In this document: positions 1 through 11,640 of the stretch, in pieces
Layout: the number at the start of each line of letters is the position of its first letter
How positions within the stretch are numbered: the first letter of the stretch is position 1
DNA from: Squalus acanthias
Lineage: Eukaryota
Length of the DNA stretch: 64,000 nt
NCBI GenBank assembly: GCA_030390025.1
Contig: CM059432.1
Coordinates: 145,080,001-145,144,000, forward strand
Reading direction: 5' to 3'
The notes under the pieces: model-generated
Seen by the model: only the letters and a program-made list of their open reading frames with translations
Database searches by the model: none
What the model was told of the DNA's origin: nothing
Position numbers and translations under genes: made by a program

Positions 1-76
1 GAAACCGGCACTTCGGGAACGAATACGGGTGAGTACGCAGCGGGTACTCACCCGAGAACGGCCGAATTTTTGGGCC
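1..76 (-). mobile_element. Terminal fragment of Harbinger-like MITE (related to elements at 14818 and 55796), cut by window start
   Basis: Ends in AATTTTTGGGCC, the reverse complement of the GGCCCAAAAATT terminus at 14818; has the same hairpin (CGGGTGAGTAC...GTACTCACCCG) and GAAACCGGCACTT motif. Confidence 0.7.
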
Positions 77-1184
77 ATTATCACATCCCCATCTCACTAG
101 CCACCCCTCACACTCACCCGCACCCTTGTCCAATCATACCAACTAACAACACACAAGGGTAGGCACGTGTGTGTTTTAGCCAATGCTCATGTGAAGTTTT
201 TGCTAATGTGTTGTCAAACATTGAAATCTTTATTTTGAACACTTTGCCTTCTTGGACAGATTTATGTGCACCTTTGGAAATGGCTTAGTGAGTTATAGTG
301 AATGGTGAGACATAAAGCACCCCCTGCAATGGTGATGAGTGTGAAAGGAATGGTTTGGGCATTGCAGGGATGCTTTATGGTGTTGGTGTGGCGTGTTGCC
401 AACCTGGCACATCATGTGGCAGCCAGGGTGTACAGCATCAAGTGAAGTAAATCTGGCCATGGGGAGGCCATCCCTGGCCTCCCTGGCAGCAATGTGGTCG
501 GGTGCTGATGCCCTGTGTCCTGTCCAGCATCAGGTGATTGCAGAGAAGGTTGGTGTTGTTGTTGGTGCTGCTGGTGTGCCTGATGATGTTGGTGTTGGGG
601 CTGATTGTGGTAGGATTCTGAGGACCAAGGTGAGATTTTTTGAAGGGCACCGATGTTGCTGGATTAGATGGCAGCTGAAGTTGAGATGATAGAAGCGATC
701 TGTCAATAGTGAGATAGGTTGTTCCAAGGAGGTGACAGTGGATAGAGAGTTGACTCCAAACACTTCCAAACTGCATAAAGCTCAAAAGTGTGTTCCAAAT
801 CCTGAAGGTTCCAGCTTCTAACATTGGAAAGTGAACAGCTGTGAAATGGTAGCTTTTATACCACTTTTGCAGCTGTCACCTATTGAGAGCAATGGAGAGT
901 CATTGAAAACCCGACTTACCTACCTGACGTGATCCCCAAGTGCCATGAAACTCGTCAAAAAGCTGGAAAAATGGTAAGTACATGGTAAAATGGTGTTTAA
1001 GTACCTTTTAACAAGCTCTTAAGTATCTGAATTGGCTCACCCGCCCCTTGGTTTCGGCTCTGTAAAGCGCAGACAGATCCGACACTTGGAAAACTGTCAT
1101 GGAGGCGGGTTGACAGCGGGATCCCGATTTTGACAGCGGACCCGCATCCGAACCCGCCCTCTGAGCGCCAGCAAAATTCCAGCC
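77..1184. mobile_element. Degenerate DNA transposon remnant (probably PIF/Harbinger-type), right end
   Basis: Ends in AAAATTCCAGCC, similar to the TIR of the 8662-9403 element; GC-rich subterminal repeats (TTGACAGCGG x2); left end not seen. Confidence 0.4.
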
Positions 1185-2117
1185 TTTGTCTGAGATGAGG
1201 CCAGAATGAAACATTAAGCTATTTTGTTTCTAAGAAAGCAAGTGAATATGCAGAGAAACGGTAATGATTGGATTTACTTAATTCAAGTCAGTACAACTTG
1301 CCTTTGGGTAATAATGCAAAACAACCGCCTGAAATTTGCAGTCCGGATGACAGCGAACTGGCAGCGGGGGAGGGGCCTGTACCAGAGGAAAACTAAGAAA
1401 AACAACAGAGCAGTATAGCTTTTGCAGAAGATCCTGATCCTAGGTACAGCACCGGGCAAAGGGAGGGGGGGTGGGGGGGGGAAGTATCTCAGGACTGCTC
1501 GCTGATCAGCATACATTCCTCCAGCCTGAGTTTCCTCTCGGTGCTGTGCTCAGGCAATCCGATAGGCCCAGAAACAGGAAAACCTCTCTCATAATTATAA
1601 TAAAGGTATATAAATACCTCAAGCATAACTGTAAATATGCAAGTAAACCATCTTAACCACAAGAGCAGGTTAACTGCCTGAAGCAGTACAGCCTATTTTC
1701 ACTGACATGGGTCCGGATACTAACGCATCAATGCTTAACGAGCTTTGTCTGAAATTCCCATTTCAGTGGAGACATCAACCCATTGATTTTAAACCCTTAT
1801 CCACGTCGAGGCTCGATATCTTCAGTGCCCTCCTTCCCACCTCTCCTTTACAAGATAGAACAGCCAAATGTCAGGCCTTACCCACACCCCTCTCTTCCCT
1901 AGCTTCACTGGCTCCCCGTGGTCAGCCAACAGATTCTAAGATCTCAGCCGTTGCCTTCACATCCCTCCACGCACTTTGCCCACCCCACCCCACCCCACCA
2001 ATCTACCCCACCATGCAGCTCTGTACATGCTCTCAGAAGGTAACACTATGCCTGAAGGCAACAAGATAAATCCCCTACACCACATGCAGACTCCACATTG
2101 GGTGAGACTGATTCAGG

Positions 2118-2128
2118 TCATTTCCTGT
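2118..2128 (+). promoter_or_regulatory. ETS-type motif in V promoter
   Basis: TCATTTCCTGT ~55-63 nt upstream of leader ATG; identical 11-mer at a similar offset before V2 (6946-6956). Confidence 0.5.
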
Positions 2129-2180
2129 TTCTCAACATCATTTTACAAATGTGAATCAGTTCAGTGTTCTACACATCAAC

Positions 2181-2588
2181 ATGAAGGTTTATTTCAGTGT
2201 CATTCTGGTGACCTCCTTCCTATGTCAGTATTTAAAGCTCTAACTTGTCTTTGTCGTCCTGTTGCTGTCCATGACATAAAGTAACAATTGTTTTGAATCC
2301 TTTAGCTCCAGATGGATGCGTTGCTCAAAGCTTGATTCAGCCTGAATTATCGATCACCCAAAGCCCGACAAAAAACGTACGGGTTACTTGTAAAGTAGAC
2401 GCACAACTGATCAATGCCAACATTCATTGGTATCGACAAACTCCAGGTCAGACCCTCAAACGGATCCTCTATATTCAGGCTGCAACTGATTCTAAGGTGG
2501 AGGAAGAATTTCGTGAAAGATTTTCAGCTGAAAAGATTCCTGTAGACAACGTTTGCAATCTTGTAATGAAGAGCATCAAACAGACCGA
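2181..2588 (+). pseudogene. TRGV: TCR V segment pseudogene (V1, TRGV-like): leader 2181-2223, intron 2224-2311, V exon 2312-2588
   Basis: Leader MKVYFSVILVTSFL, phase-1 GTCAGT donor, CTCCAG acceptor; V has Cys23 (VTCK), IHWYRQ and RILY but ends at QTD with no YYC/second conserved Cys. Confidence 0.85.
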
Positions 2589-2619
2589 CACAGTGATACA
2601 GAAAAGCTTTACAAAAACG
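2589..2619 (+). other. Aberrant RSS (15-nt spacer)
   Basis: CACAGTG + ATACAGAAAAGCTTT (15 nt) + ACAAAAACG. Confidence 0.8.
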
Positions 2620-2764
2620 TTCAGCTTTTTCCAAGTAGACTTGTGTGCTCTTTGAGTGGTTAATACAGAAATCCACAACTGTACCATTCTACCTTTTCTA
2701 CTGCATCTCCTCCAGCAAGAGTTCACTGCTATAGTGAGAGGGCTACACTGCAAATAAGAGTCAA

Positions 2765-4066
2765 CATAGAGTCATAACGGCACAGAAGGAGGCCATTCGG
2801 CCCATCGAGTCCGTGCCAGCTCTCAGTCCCATTCCCTCACTCTATCCCCGTAGCCCTGCAAGTTTATTTCCCTCAATTAAACTGATATTAAACTAACCGG
2901 CCTATAGTTACTAGGATTGTCTTTACACCCTTTCTTGAACAATGGTGTCACATTTGCCACTTTCCAATCCTCAGGCACCTCCCCCGCGTCTAGGGAAGAT
3001 TGGAAAATTATGGCAAGCCCTTCCGCTATCTCCTCCCCCAATTCCCTTAGCAACCTGGGATGCAAGCCATCTGGACCAGGCAACTTATCCGCTCTAAGCA
3101 TACCCAGTCTTTCTAGTACATTCTGTATCAATTTTCACCCCTTCCATTGCTTCTACCTTTTCCACTTCTACCAATATTTTGTCAGCATCCACCTCCTTAG
3201 TAAACAACGATACAAAGTACTCTGAGTATTCTAGCCTTGCCCTGCGCCTCTAAGCATATATCACCTTCTTTGTCCCTAATAGGCCCCACCCCGCCTCTTA
3301 CTACCCACTTACAGTTTACATGCCGGTAGAAGATTTTTGGGTTCCCTTTTGTTAACCACCATTCTACTCTATATTTTCTCTTTGCCAATCTTATTTTCAT
3401 CTTCACTTCCCCTCTCAATTTATTGTATTTGGTCTGGTTCACCCTTGAAGAATTCACCTGACATTCATCATACACCCTCTTTTTTTGTTTCATCATCTTC
3501 TCTATCTCCCTCGTCATCCAAGGAGCCCTTGCTTTGGTTCCCTTACCCTTCCCTCTTGTTGGAATGTACCTAGCCTGTACTTGGAACATCTCCTCCTTAA
3601 AGATCACCCATTGTTCCGTTATAGTTTTTCCTGTCAGTCTTTGGTACCATTTTACTCTGGCTAGATCCTTTCGCATCCCATTGAAGTTAGCCCTATTCCA
3701 GTTTAGAAGTTCCACTCTAGATTGTTCCTTGTTCCTCTCCATTGCTAATCTAAATCTTATGATACAATGATCACTCGTACCCAAGTGTTCTCCCACAGAC
3801 ACTTGGTCGACCTGGCCCACCTCATTCCCCAGCACCAGATCGAGCAATGCCTCCTTCCTAGTTGGGCCAAGAACATACTGGTCAAGGAACTTCTCCTGAA
3901 CACATTTCAGAAATTCCTCCCCCTCCTTTCCCTTTACCCTAGCATTAGCCCAATCGATATTTGGGTAATTAAAGTCCCCCAATATCACCACTCTATAGCT
4001 CTTGCATGTCTGTGATTTCCCTGCAGATTTGCTCCTCTACTTCCCTTTCACTATTTGGAGGCCTGT
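2765..4066 (-). mobile_element. CR1 LINE fragment with internal deletion
   Basis: ORFs 3197-3991 (GDFNYP, LDLVL, SDH: APE endonuclease end) and 2877-3131 (PGPDGLHP, NYRPVSL); CR1 3' UTR at ~2765-2875. Confidence 0.9.
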
Positions 4067-4689
4067 TCATGTGTTCAATTTATTTTAATGGAACACCACT
4101 ACTATCAGTTAGTGGCAGTCTCACCCAGCAATCAGAAGGCTTTGGGTTCAATCCTCACTCCAGGATTTGAGCACATAGTTCAGAGTGCTGGGCTGCTCGA
4201 GGTCCTGCCTGTTTGATGAGGCCCTGTATTACATAATACAACTCATTATATGGAGACTTTTAATGAGCTACATTTCCGTAGACCGGTACAACGCCCTGAC
4301 TTGTTATCTTATTGATGTCCTGTTACATATAATTGCTATTCTACCAAGTGAAACTTCTAATTATAGGTCTGTTCCATTCCACACCAATCTCCTGCTTCTA
4401 AAAAATGATGTATTCACAGATGTTTCCTTCTGCAGAATGTTATTAACTGATTAAAGTTCTCTGAAATATGTTCAGTGTTCGCTGGAACTTCTTTCAATTA
4501 GGTTTTCTGAATTCACTAAACAGACCATTGTTTCAAGGTCAGTCTTAATTCAACAGTTCAGTGATTATGCTAAACTTTTATTGACTTATGCTTCCCCGCT
4601 TAACAGGCAAAAGCTAAAGGTTACTCTTACTACAATATAAAAGAGAAACCAATAGCAGTTTAACATTAGCAGACTTCAGGACAGTCTGA

Positions 4690-6040
4690 TTAACCCTTTC
4701 CTTAGCGAAAGGATATATTGGCCTTGAGTACAGTGCAGATTCACCAGAGTGATAGAGACTTAAAGGGTTAAATTAGGACAGGTTGCATAAACTTGGCTTG
4801 TATTCTTGAGATTAGAAAGCTGAAGTGTGATCTAATCGAGGTGTTTAAAATGGAAAAAGGATTCAACAAGGTAGATACAGAGAAACGATTTCTTATAGAA
4901 TGGACATATAATTGGCAAATGAATTTCAACACAGCTAAGTGTGAGGTATTATATTTTGGTAAGAAAAATAAGGCGGTCACATGTTACTTGGAAAAGACAA
5001 ATCTAAATGGGATAGAGGAGCAAAGGGATCTGGGAGTACTATTACACAAATCACTAAATGTTGCGACGCAGGTAAATAAGGCCATAAAACAGCAAACCAA
5101 GCACTAGGGTTTATTTCTAGAGGGATAGAATTGAAAAGTAGGAAGTTATGCTAAACTGTATCGAACCTTGGTTAGACCACACTTGGAGTACTGCGTACAG
5201 TTCTGGTTGCCATATTATAAAAAGGATATAGAGACACTGGAGAGAGTGCAAAAAAGATTTACAAGGATGATACCAGAACTGCGAGGTTATACCCATGAGG
5301 AAAGGATGAATAGGCTGGGTCTATTTTCTCCTGAAAAGAGAAGACTGAGGGGTGACCTAATAGAGGTATTTAAAATTATGAAAGGTTTTGATAGAGTAGA
5401 CACAGAGAGTGTTTCCATTTGTGGGAAAGAGCAAAACTAGGGCCCATCAATATAAGATAGTCATCAAGAAATCAAATAGGGAATTCATAAGAAACTTCTT
5501 TACCCAGAGAGGGTGAGAATGTGGAACTCGCTACCGAAGGGAATAGTTGAGGCAAATAATATAGATGCATTTAACGGGAAGCTAGATAAGCATATAAGGG
5601 AGAAGGGAATAGAGGGTTATGTTGATAGAGTTAGATGAGGAAGGATGGGAGGAGGCTCGAGTGGAGCATAAACACATGGACTGGTTAGACCGAATAGCCT
5701 GTTTCTGTGCTGTATATTCTATGTAATTTTATACATTTCCTCTGGTGGGGGAATCCTGAACAAAGGCATAATTAAAATTAGAGCTAGGCCATTCAGGATA
5801 GAAATCAGGAAGCATTTCTTCACACAAGGGGTAGTGGAAATTTGGAACTCTCTCCCCCTAAAGGCTGTGGATCAATTGAAAATTTCAAGCCGGAGATTGA
5901 TAGATTCTTGTTGGGTGAGGGTATCAAGGGATATGGAGCAAAGGCGGGTAAATGGAATTGAGGTACAGATCAGTCATGATCTAATTGTATGGTGGGACAG
6001 GCTCATGGGGCTGAATGGCCTCCTCCTGATCCTATCTAAT
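4690..6040 (+). mobile_element. Cluster of 3' CR1 LINE fragments
   Basis: ORFs with [38 protein letters not shown]; CR1 3' tails (GAATAGCCTGTTTCTGTGCTG; GAATGGCCTCCTCCTG). Confidence 0.85.
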
Positions 6041-6655
6041 GAATAGAATCTATCAACAATTATAATGTTAGAATGAAACTAGAACACTAGACAGAGATCA
6101 AGACTGCCAGGATGGCTCAGCAAATGTATAGGGGAGTATCGGAGAGGTATAGGTGAGTAGCTGAGCCCCTTGGGCTAGCAAGCTGCGGCCATGATCCCTG
6201 TTCTGTGCTGTTTTGGCTGATTTCACCCAAGGCCCTAGTAAGGTTATTACAATTGTCCTCAGTGTCCCTGAGTTAGGGTGGTAGAACCTATCAGGGCTTA
6301 TTCCTAGTTAGTTGAGCTCTCCGTATGGTTTCCCCGATCACAGCAAGTAGTATAACTCAGGTCTGTTTGCCCTGCCTTTTTAAGCAGGTACGTGTAGTAT
6401 GACTGTGTTCAATGTCTTCGATATGAAAACATGTTATAATGCAAGTGCAGGTATCACTAACTCCGGGCAATCCTAACAACATCGACCGATATTGGAGTTG
6501 CGTACAGACCATGTAAGTTACCAGTAACCTCAAGTTACAACAGTAACTATACTTCAATGAGTATCTCGTTGGCTGTGAAGCACGTTGGGACGTCCTGGGA
6601 TCGCTATATAAATAAAAGTTCTTGCCATGCTTCATTCAGAATCCCCGAATGTTCT

Positions 6656-6847
6656 AAAACAACAACAGAAAATGCTGGAAACACTCAGCAGGCCGTGGAG
6701 AGAGAGAAACAGAGTCAACATTTCAGGTCTGTGACCCTTCGTCAGAACGTTAACTCGGTTTCTCTCTCCATGGATGCTGAGTGTTTCCAGCATTTTCTGT
6801 TGTTATTTCAGATTTCCAGCATCCGCAGTATTTTGCTGTTGTATTAG
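6656..6847. mobile_element. Short Penelope-like inverted-repeat element with 13-bp TSD
   Basis: Flanked by CCCCGAATGTTCT (6643-6655 and 6848-6860); perfect 30-bp inverted repeat 6661-6690/6775-6804; minus-strand hammerhead-like core at 6714-6748. Confidence 0.75.
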
Positions 6848-7013
6848 CCCCGAATGTTCTGGTTTGATGAGAAGTGAAACTTGCACCTGGTTACAGATCG
6901 GGACATCCGTTAACTCACCTGCAGTGTTAGAGAAGGCAATTCGCATCATTTCCTGTAGGAATGTATTTCATCAACTCAGCAAACCCACTCAGTTCAGCGG
7001 CAAACCCGGAGAC

Positions 7014-7453
7014 ATGAAGAGCCATTTAATGGTCCTGTTTGTGGCCTCTTTCTCCTGTGGGTACTTTTAGGATTGATTCATTTGAAAGTGTAACATATTC
7101 TTCTACAATAAGTAGTAACAGTCATGTTCTTTTTAAACAGGTGGTTGTGTTGCTCAGTCCGTGACTCAGCCCAAGAGATCCATCACCAGGTCTTTGAGAA
7201 AAACAGCCCGTTTTCGGTGTGTGTTTGAGGGCGTGGATTTCACCGGTGTTACGGTTCACTGGTACCGGCACACTCCGAGCCAAGGCTTCCACCGCATTCT
7301 CCACATTAAGACAGGCACCCGCCCAGTCCACGACGATAATTTCGACGACAGGTTCACAGCCGAAAACTTAGCACAAGAAAAGACGAGTCTACTTGACATA
7401 CTTGACATCCTGGCGGGCGACGCTGGAGTGTATTACTGTGCCTTCTGGGTTAG
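7014..7453 (+). CDS. TRGV: Intact TCR V segment (V2, TRGV-like): leader 7014-7056, intron 7057-7140, V exon 7141-7453
   Basis: Leader MKSHLMVLFVASFS, GTGGGT donor, AAACAG acceptor; spliced frame open: CGCVA|QSVTQ...RFRC...VHWYRH...DAGVYYCAFWV. Confidence 0.9.
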
Positions 7454-7492
7454 CACAGTGACACGGGACTGTAGGGGGCCCTTACAAATACT
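7454..7492 (+). other. 23-RSS of V2
   Basis: CACAGTG + 23 nt + ACAAATACT. Confidence 0.9.
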
Positions 7493-8284
7493 AATCCCCC
7501 GACCACCTCCTCATCTTCTATCAGATGGGCTGTGGAACGAGTGAACACATTACCCACCACACGGAATTCAATTTAGAATCGAGGAGCAATTACTGTTCAC
7601 TGAGTCAGGTTCAACCTGCAGCCAGTCAGTAAGATTTCAAGGTCGTATCTGAATTCTCTAATCCTTTCACCAATACACAGAGTCAAAAGAGCTTTAAATA
7701 CCCAGATACACGAGAATATTCGGGCCAGGGGAGGGGGGAGTACTCAGACCGCATATCGCGACCAAGTGAGCCAATATTAATCCTGGGAACTGTCCACAGA
7801 CCCAAAGATGTCACGCTGTGAGGATACTCGAGATGAGAGCAGCAGAGCCCAGGGTTTGTTTAAAAAATACGGTTTAATGCGGCGATGGAAACACAGACAC
7901 TTGCGGATATTTAGGGACAAAAACTTAATTTTTTTTTAGGTGTTCGGAATTTCTCGTGCTCGGTTTAAAAAGTCTGCACACCACAAGACAATTCCAACAA
8001 CATCACATCAATAAATGAATGATCCCACACACCACACCGGTGTCGAGAATATAATTAAGTTACATGACGGGCTAACTAGAATTCATGGTATAAAACCGAC
8101 TGCAGTGACCTCGGGGTAACCGGTGGATTTAATACAGCGATGATTCGGTTTTTATTTACAACTAACTCTCCGAATAAAGCACTTAGTGTAAAGTTTTCTA
8201 TGTTCAGTTAGCCTGACAGATGGGACTCTCTGATCTTACACAGTGTTTAAATTGTGAATTCTGGGAGATTCTCTCACTGCTAAC

Positions 8285-8412
8285 TTACCCGAGGAAGGAG
8301 CGACAGCTCCGAAAGCTTGTAAAATTAAATAAATCTGTTGGACTATAACCTGGTGTTGTGCGACTTCTCATTTTTGTCCACCCCAGTCCAACGCCGGCAT
8401 CTCCACATCATG
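8285..8412 (+). mobile_element. Penelope-like terminal-repeat fragment with minimal hammerhead motif
   Basis: TTAC-CCGAGGA-A-GGAGC(GACA)GCTCC-GAAA-GCTT-GTAA, followed by AATAAA and TGTTGGAC...GTCCAAC. Confidence 0.6.
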
Positions 8413-8417
8413 ACTTA

Positions 8418-8661
8418 GCAGAGAGGTCAATAACCAGGGGGCATAGATTTAAAGTAATTGGTAGAAGGATTAGAGGGGAGTTGAGGAGAACTTTTATCAC
8501 CTAGAGGGTGGTGGGGGTCTGGAACTCACTGCCTGAAAGGGTGGTAGAGGCAGAAACCCTCATCACATTTAAAAAGTACTTGGATATGCACTTGAAGGCA
8601 CCAAGAACAGGAAAGTGGGATTAGGCTGGATAGCGCTTTTTCGGCTGACACGAGACACGAT
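8418..8661 (+). mobile_element. CR1 3' end, interrupted by the transposon at 8662 (resumes ~9404-9445)
   Basis: Typical CR1 3' sequence (CTGGAACTCACTGCCTGAAAGGGTGG...ACACGAT / CGAATGGCCTCC). Confidence 0.75.
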
Positions 8662-9403
8662 GGGCTGGATTTTCATAGGGCCGTGCAGGCGGGTTTGGAG
8701 GCGTGTGGGGGGTTAAAATTGCAAAAAGCGGTGGGCGGACCTGATCCTCCATTCCGCCTCCACGCAATTTTGATAAAATCATGTGCGGTGTTCCCGACTC
8801 CGTCCCGCCTCCAAGAGGTGGGAGAGGCCATTAAAGCCCTTAACAAGCCCTAAATTGGCTCTGTAATGCCATTTTGAAACATTTTAGCTAGTTTAACCCT
8901 TTTCCCATGTGAAGCACGCCTGATGTGAAACATGCCAGTGAAACCTGGCGGGAGCACAAGTGGGTAGTTGACTATCAGCTGCAGGTCCACTATTACAACG
9001 GAGATGTGATGAAGGTAGTAGTAGTATTAGGTCTGAAAGTCGCCTCTGATGCTGCTGCATTGAATGTCTTCAGAGACTGCCTGGCCTTTGGTGTGAGAGG
9101 ACCTGGATGCAAAAAAATTTTTCTCTCTCTCTCTCTCAGCTACTGCTCATTTTGCATCCAGGTCCACTCACAGCAAAGGCCAGGCAGTCTCTGAAGACCT
9201 TCAATGCAGCAGCAATGATGACATCATCAGAGGCGACTTTCAGACTGAAAACACTAATTGGTTCATGGGTTCCCACATGCTGGAACTCAATTGCCCAATT
9301 AGGTGAAAATTGCATCAATCTCCCACATCCAATTGCAGGCGGGTGGATAACACGAAATGCGGATGACACGACCCCAACCCGCCCCAGTATCAAAATCCAG
9401 CCC
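8662..9403. mobile_element. Non-autonomous DNA transposon (MITE) with 12-bp TIRs and an internal long hairpin
   Basis: GGGCTGGATTTT...AAAATCCAGCCC; internal inverted repeat 9031-9114/9150-9245; TSD not clear. Confidence 0.75.
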
Positions 9404-10967
9404 ATTATGTCGAATGGCCTCCTTTTGTGCCCTAAATTTCTATGAACCTTTGGTGTAATTTACTCAGACTCGGCCTCTGCCCCAGAAGCTCTTCATGTTT
9501 TCATCATTTCTAAACTCAATTGTTCCGCTGTCGCAGTTGATGACTCCCCCTCCCCCCATCCCATCATCATCTCCTATCTGTCCAGAACTCCGCTCCCACC
9601 TCCTGCCCAACCACCATCCTTACTACCCAACACTGGCTCCCTGCCCCCAAACTCATCAGATTTTAAATCATTTTCATCTTTAAATCTCTTGATGGCTTCA
9701 CTCTATTCCATCGCTGCAACTTCCTCCAGTACAGCCGACAGTCCTGGCATAATAGCAAAATACTGCGGATGCTGGAAAACTGAAATAACAACAGAAAGCG
9801 TGGTCCTTCTTTGCTGCACCTTTCGCGGCAGGATCCCGCTGCCTGGAACACTCTGCCGAAACCCCTCCGCCTCTCCCAATAAAACTTTTTCAACCGCCTC
9901 CGGTCACACATCCTAATCTCTCCCTCCAGGGTTTTGGTATCTGGTCCCCAAATCTCAAAGTGTCTCAGGTGTTTCCTAAATTAAATGTCAATATTTAATG
10001 GCAAGTTGCCGTGAGCCGTTTGCCAATTCTCCTGCACTCTGTGCTATCTTTTGAGTTCTGATGCATTTGCACTAATGCAAAACGGAGCAGCCAGTTTGAT
10101 GGTCTGCAATAATGACTTTGCTTCATTATGGGTGTGGAGGTTGTAATTTAAACCGGCTGTCTCGGCACGACCTAAATATAGAGACAAATTGTGACGCCGC
10201 CAGGAGGAGCCAGTCTCGCACCGCTTAAGTTCGACATTACGTGGGAAGTAAATGCAATGCAGAGTCATACTGAGTTTAAACAGTGTCCCTTTAAAATGTT
10301 TGAATTTAACTCAAAGTCGGTTTAAAAAGTGCGGAGACTGTTCTCGCTCCCACGCCCACACGTTCCAAATAAGTAAAATGTAACTGCGGATGGGAGCTCT
10401 GCAAATGGACAAAACTCTCTCCGCAACAGAGTTGGAGCCAAGCTGTATAAACAGGCCAACGTCTGATGAAACTGACATTGCAGCTGAAGCCGGTAATTAC
10501 AATGTAACATTAATCACTCCGTTAACATGTCAGGGTTACCAATTGTATATTAAGCAAATGTGGAGCCCGTGACGTGCAGAAAGACCACGTTTGTGTTCAA
10601 CTAATACCCTGGATTGGTCGAGGGGGAGGGGCGGAAAGACCTTTACAGGTCTAAAGGGCATCCAACCAATTAGAATGGGTCCAGCGGACATTGAAGTCAA
10701 AGGGCACCGGGGTCAATGTGGTTTCTTAATGGTCGCGATAATTTCCAACACAAGATTTCTGATTGGTCATCTTGGAGGACAAGACCTGATTTCTGATTGG
10801 TCCCCTTGGAGGACAAGACACACCTCGCAGTTTCTCTGGAATGTGTAATTAGATCCTGCCTGCCTGCCTAAGTAATCAATTACCTTGCAAAGTGTAATTC
10901 GAGCCATTCGGATTGCCAGGCTCCAGACAGAACAAAGCTCACATAGAACAGGGCTCCCCCTCACGGG

Positions 10968-11640
10968 TTAAGACCTCCTCCCACCCCTCAAACAAGTTCC
11001 TGGCCTCCCCCAACAAGTTCCTAACCTTTCTCCCAGCCCCGAATTCCTGACTACCTCCTCCCTCCCCCCCACAAGATCCTGACCTTCTCTCCCTCCCCAC
11101 CGAGTTCCTCCCCATCCCGGTTCCTGATCTTCTCCCCCCAACAAGTTCCTGACCTCCTCATAGGTGGGGCATTGTGTGGGGGTTCGGATTGTTAACAGAT
11201 TTATTGGGTATGAAGTGAATAGTGACAGTGCCATGACTTCCAGATTTGGTCCAGTCCAATGATATCACTTGCCACACACACACACACACCGAGCTTTCCG
11301 AGAAATCAACCAGGTCTAGGGGGAGGAGAGGAGAACGTGCTACAGGTGTAAAGGGAGTGGGGTTGGAAGAATGTGATCCATCTTACTATCTGGATCACAT
11401 TCTTGCTCTTATCCCCCGCTTTAGACCTGGATCACGTTCTTCCTCCATCCCCACTGTGCTCTCTGTGCTCTTTACCTCCGAGTTCCTGACCTCCCTCCCC
11501 CGAGTTCCTGACCTCCTCCCGCCCCCGAGTTCCTGACCTCCCTCCCCCAGTTCCTGACCTCCTCCCTCCCCCGAGTTCCTGACCTCCTCTCGCCCCCGAG
11601 TTCCTGACCTCCCTCCCCCGAGTTCCTGACCTCCTCTCCC
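10968..11640. repeat. Degenerate minisatellite (CCCCGAGTTCCTGACCTCC-like units), in two blocks
   Basis: Multiple ~21-25 nt units containing AGTTCCTGACCTC at 10968-11160 and 11475-11640. Confidence 0.85.

Noticed and set aside
7141-7492. Assignment of the V segments to IgNAR, NAR-TCR or IgH clusters
   Set aside because: No closely linked D/J segments or octamer promoter seen; IHWY/VHWY and YYCAxW motifs fit TRGV better
11475-11640. CRISPR-like appearance of short repeats
   Set aside because: No unique spacers, eukaryotic context; ordinary minisatellite
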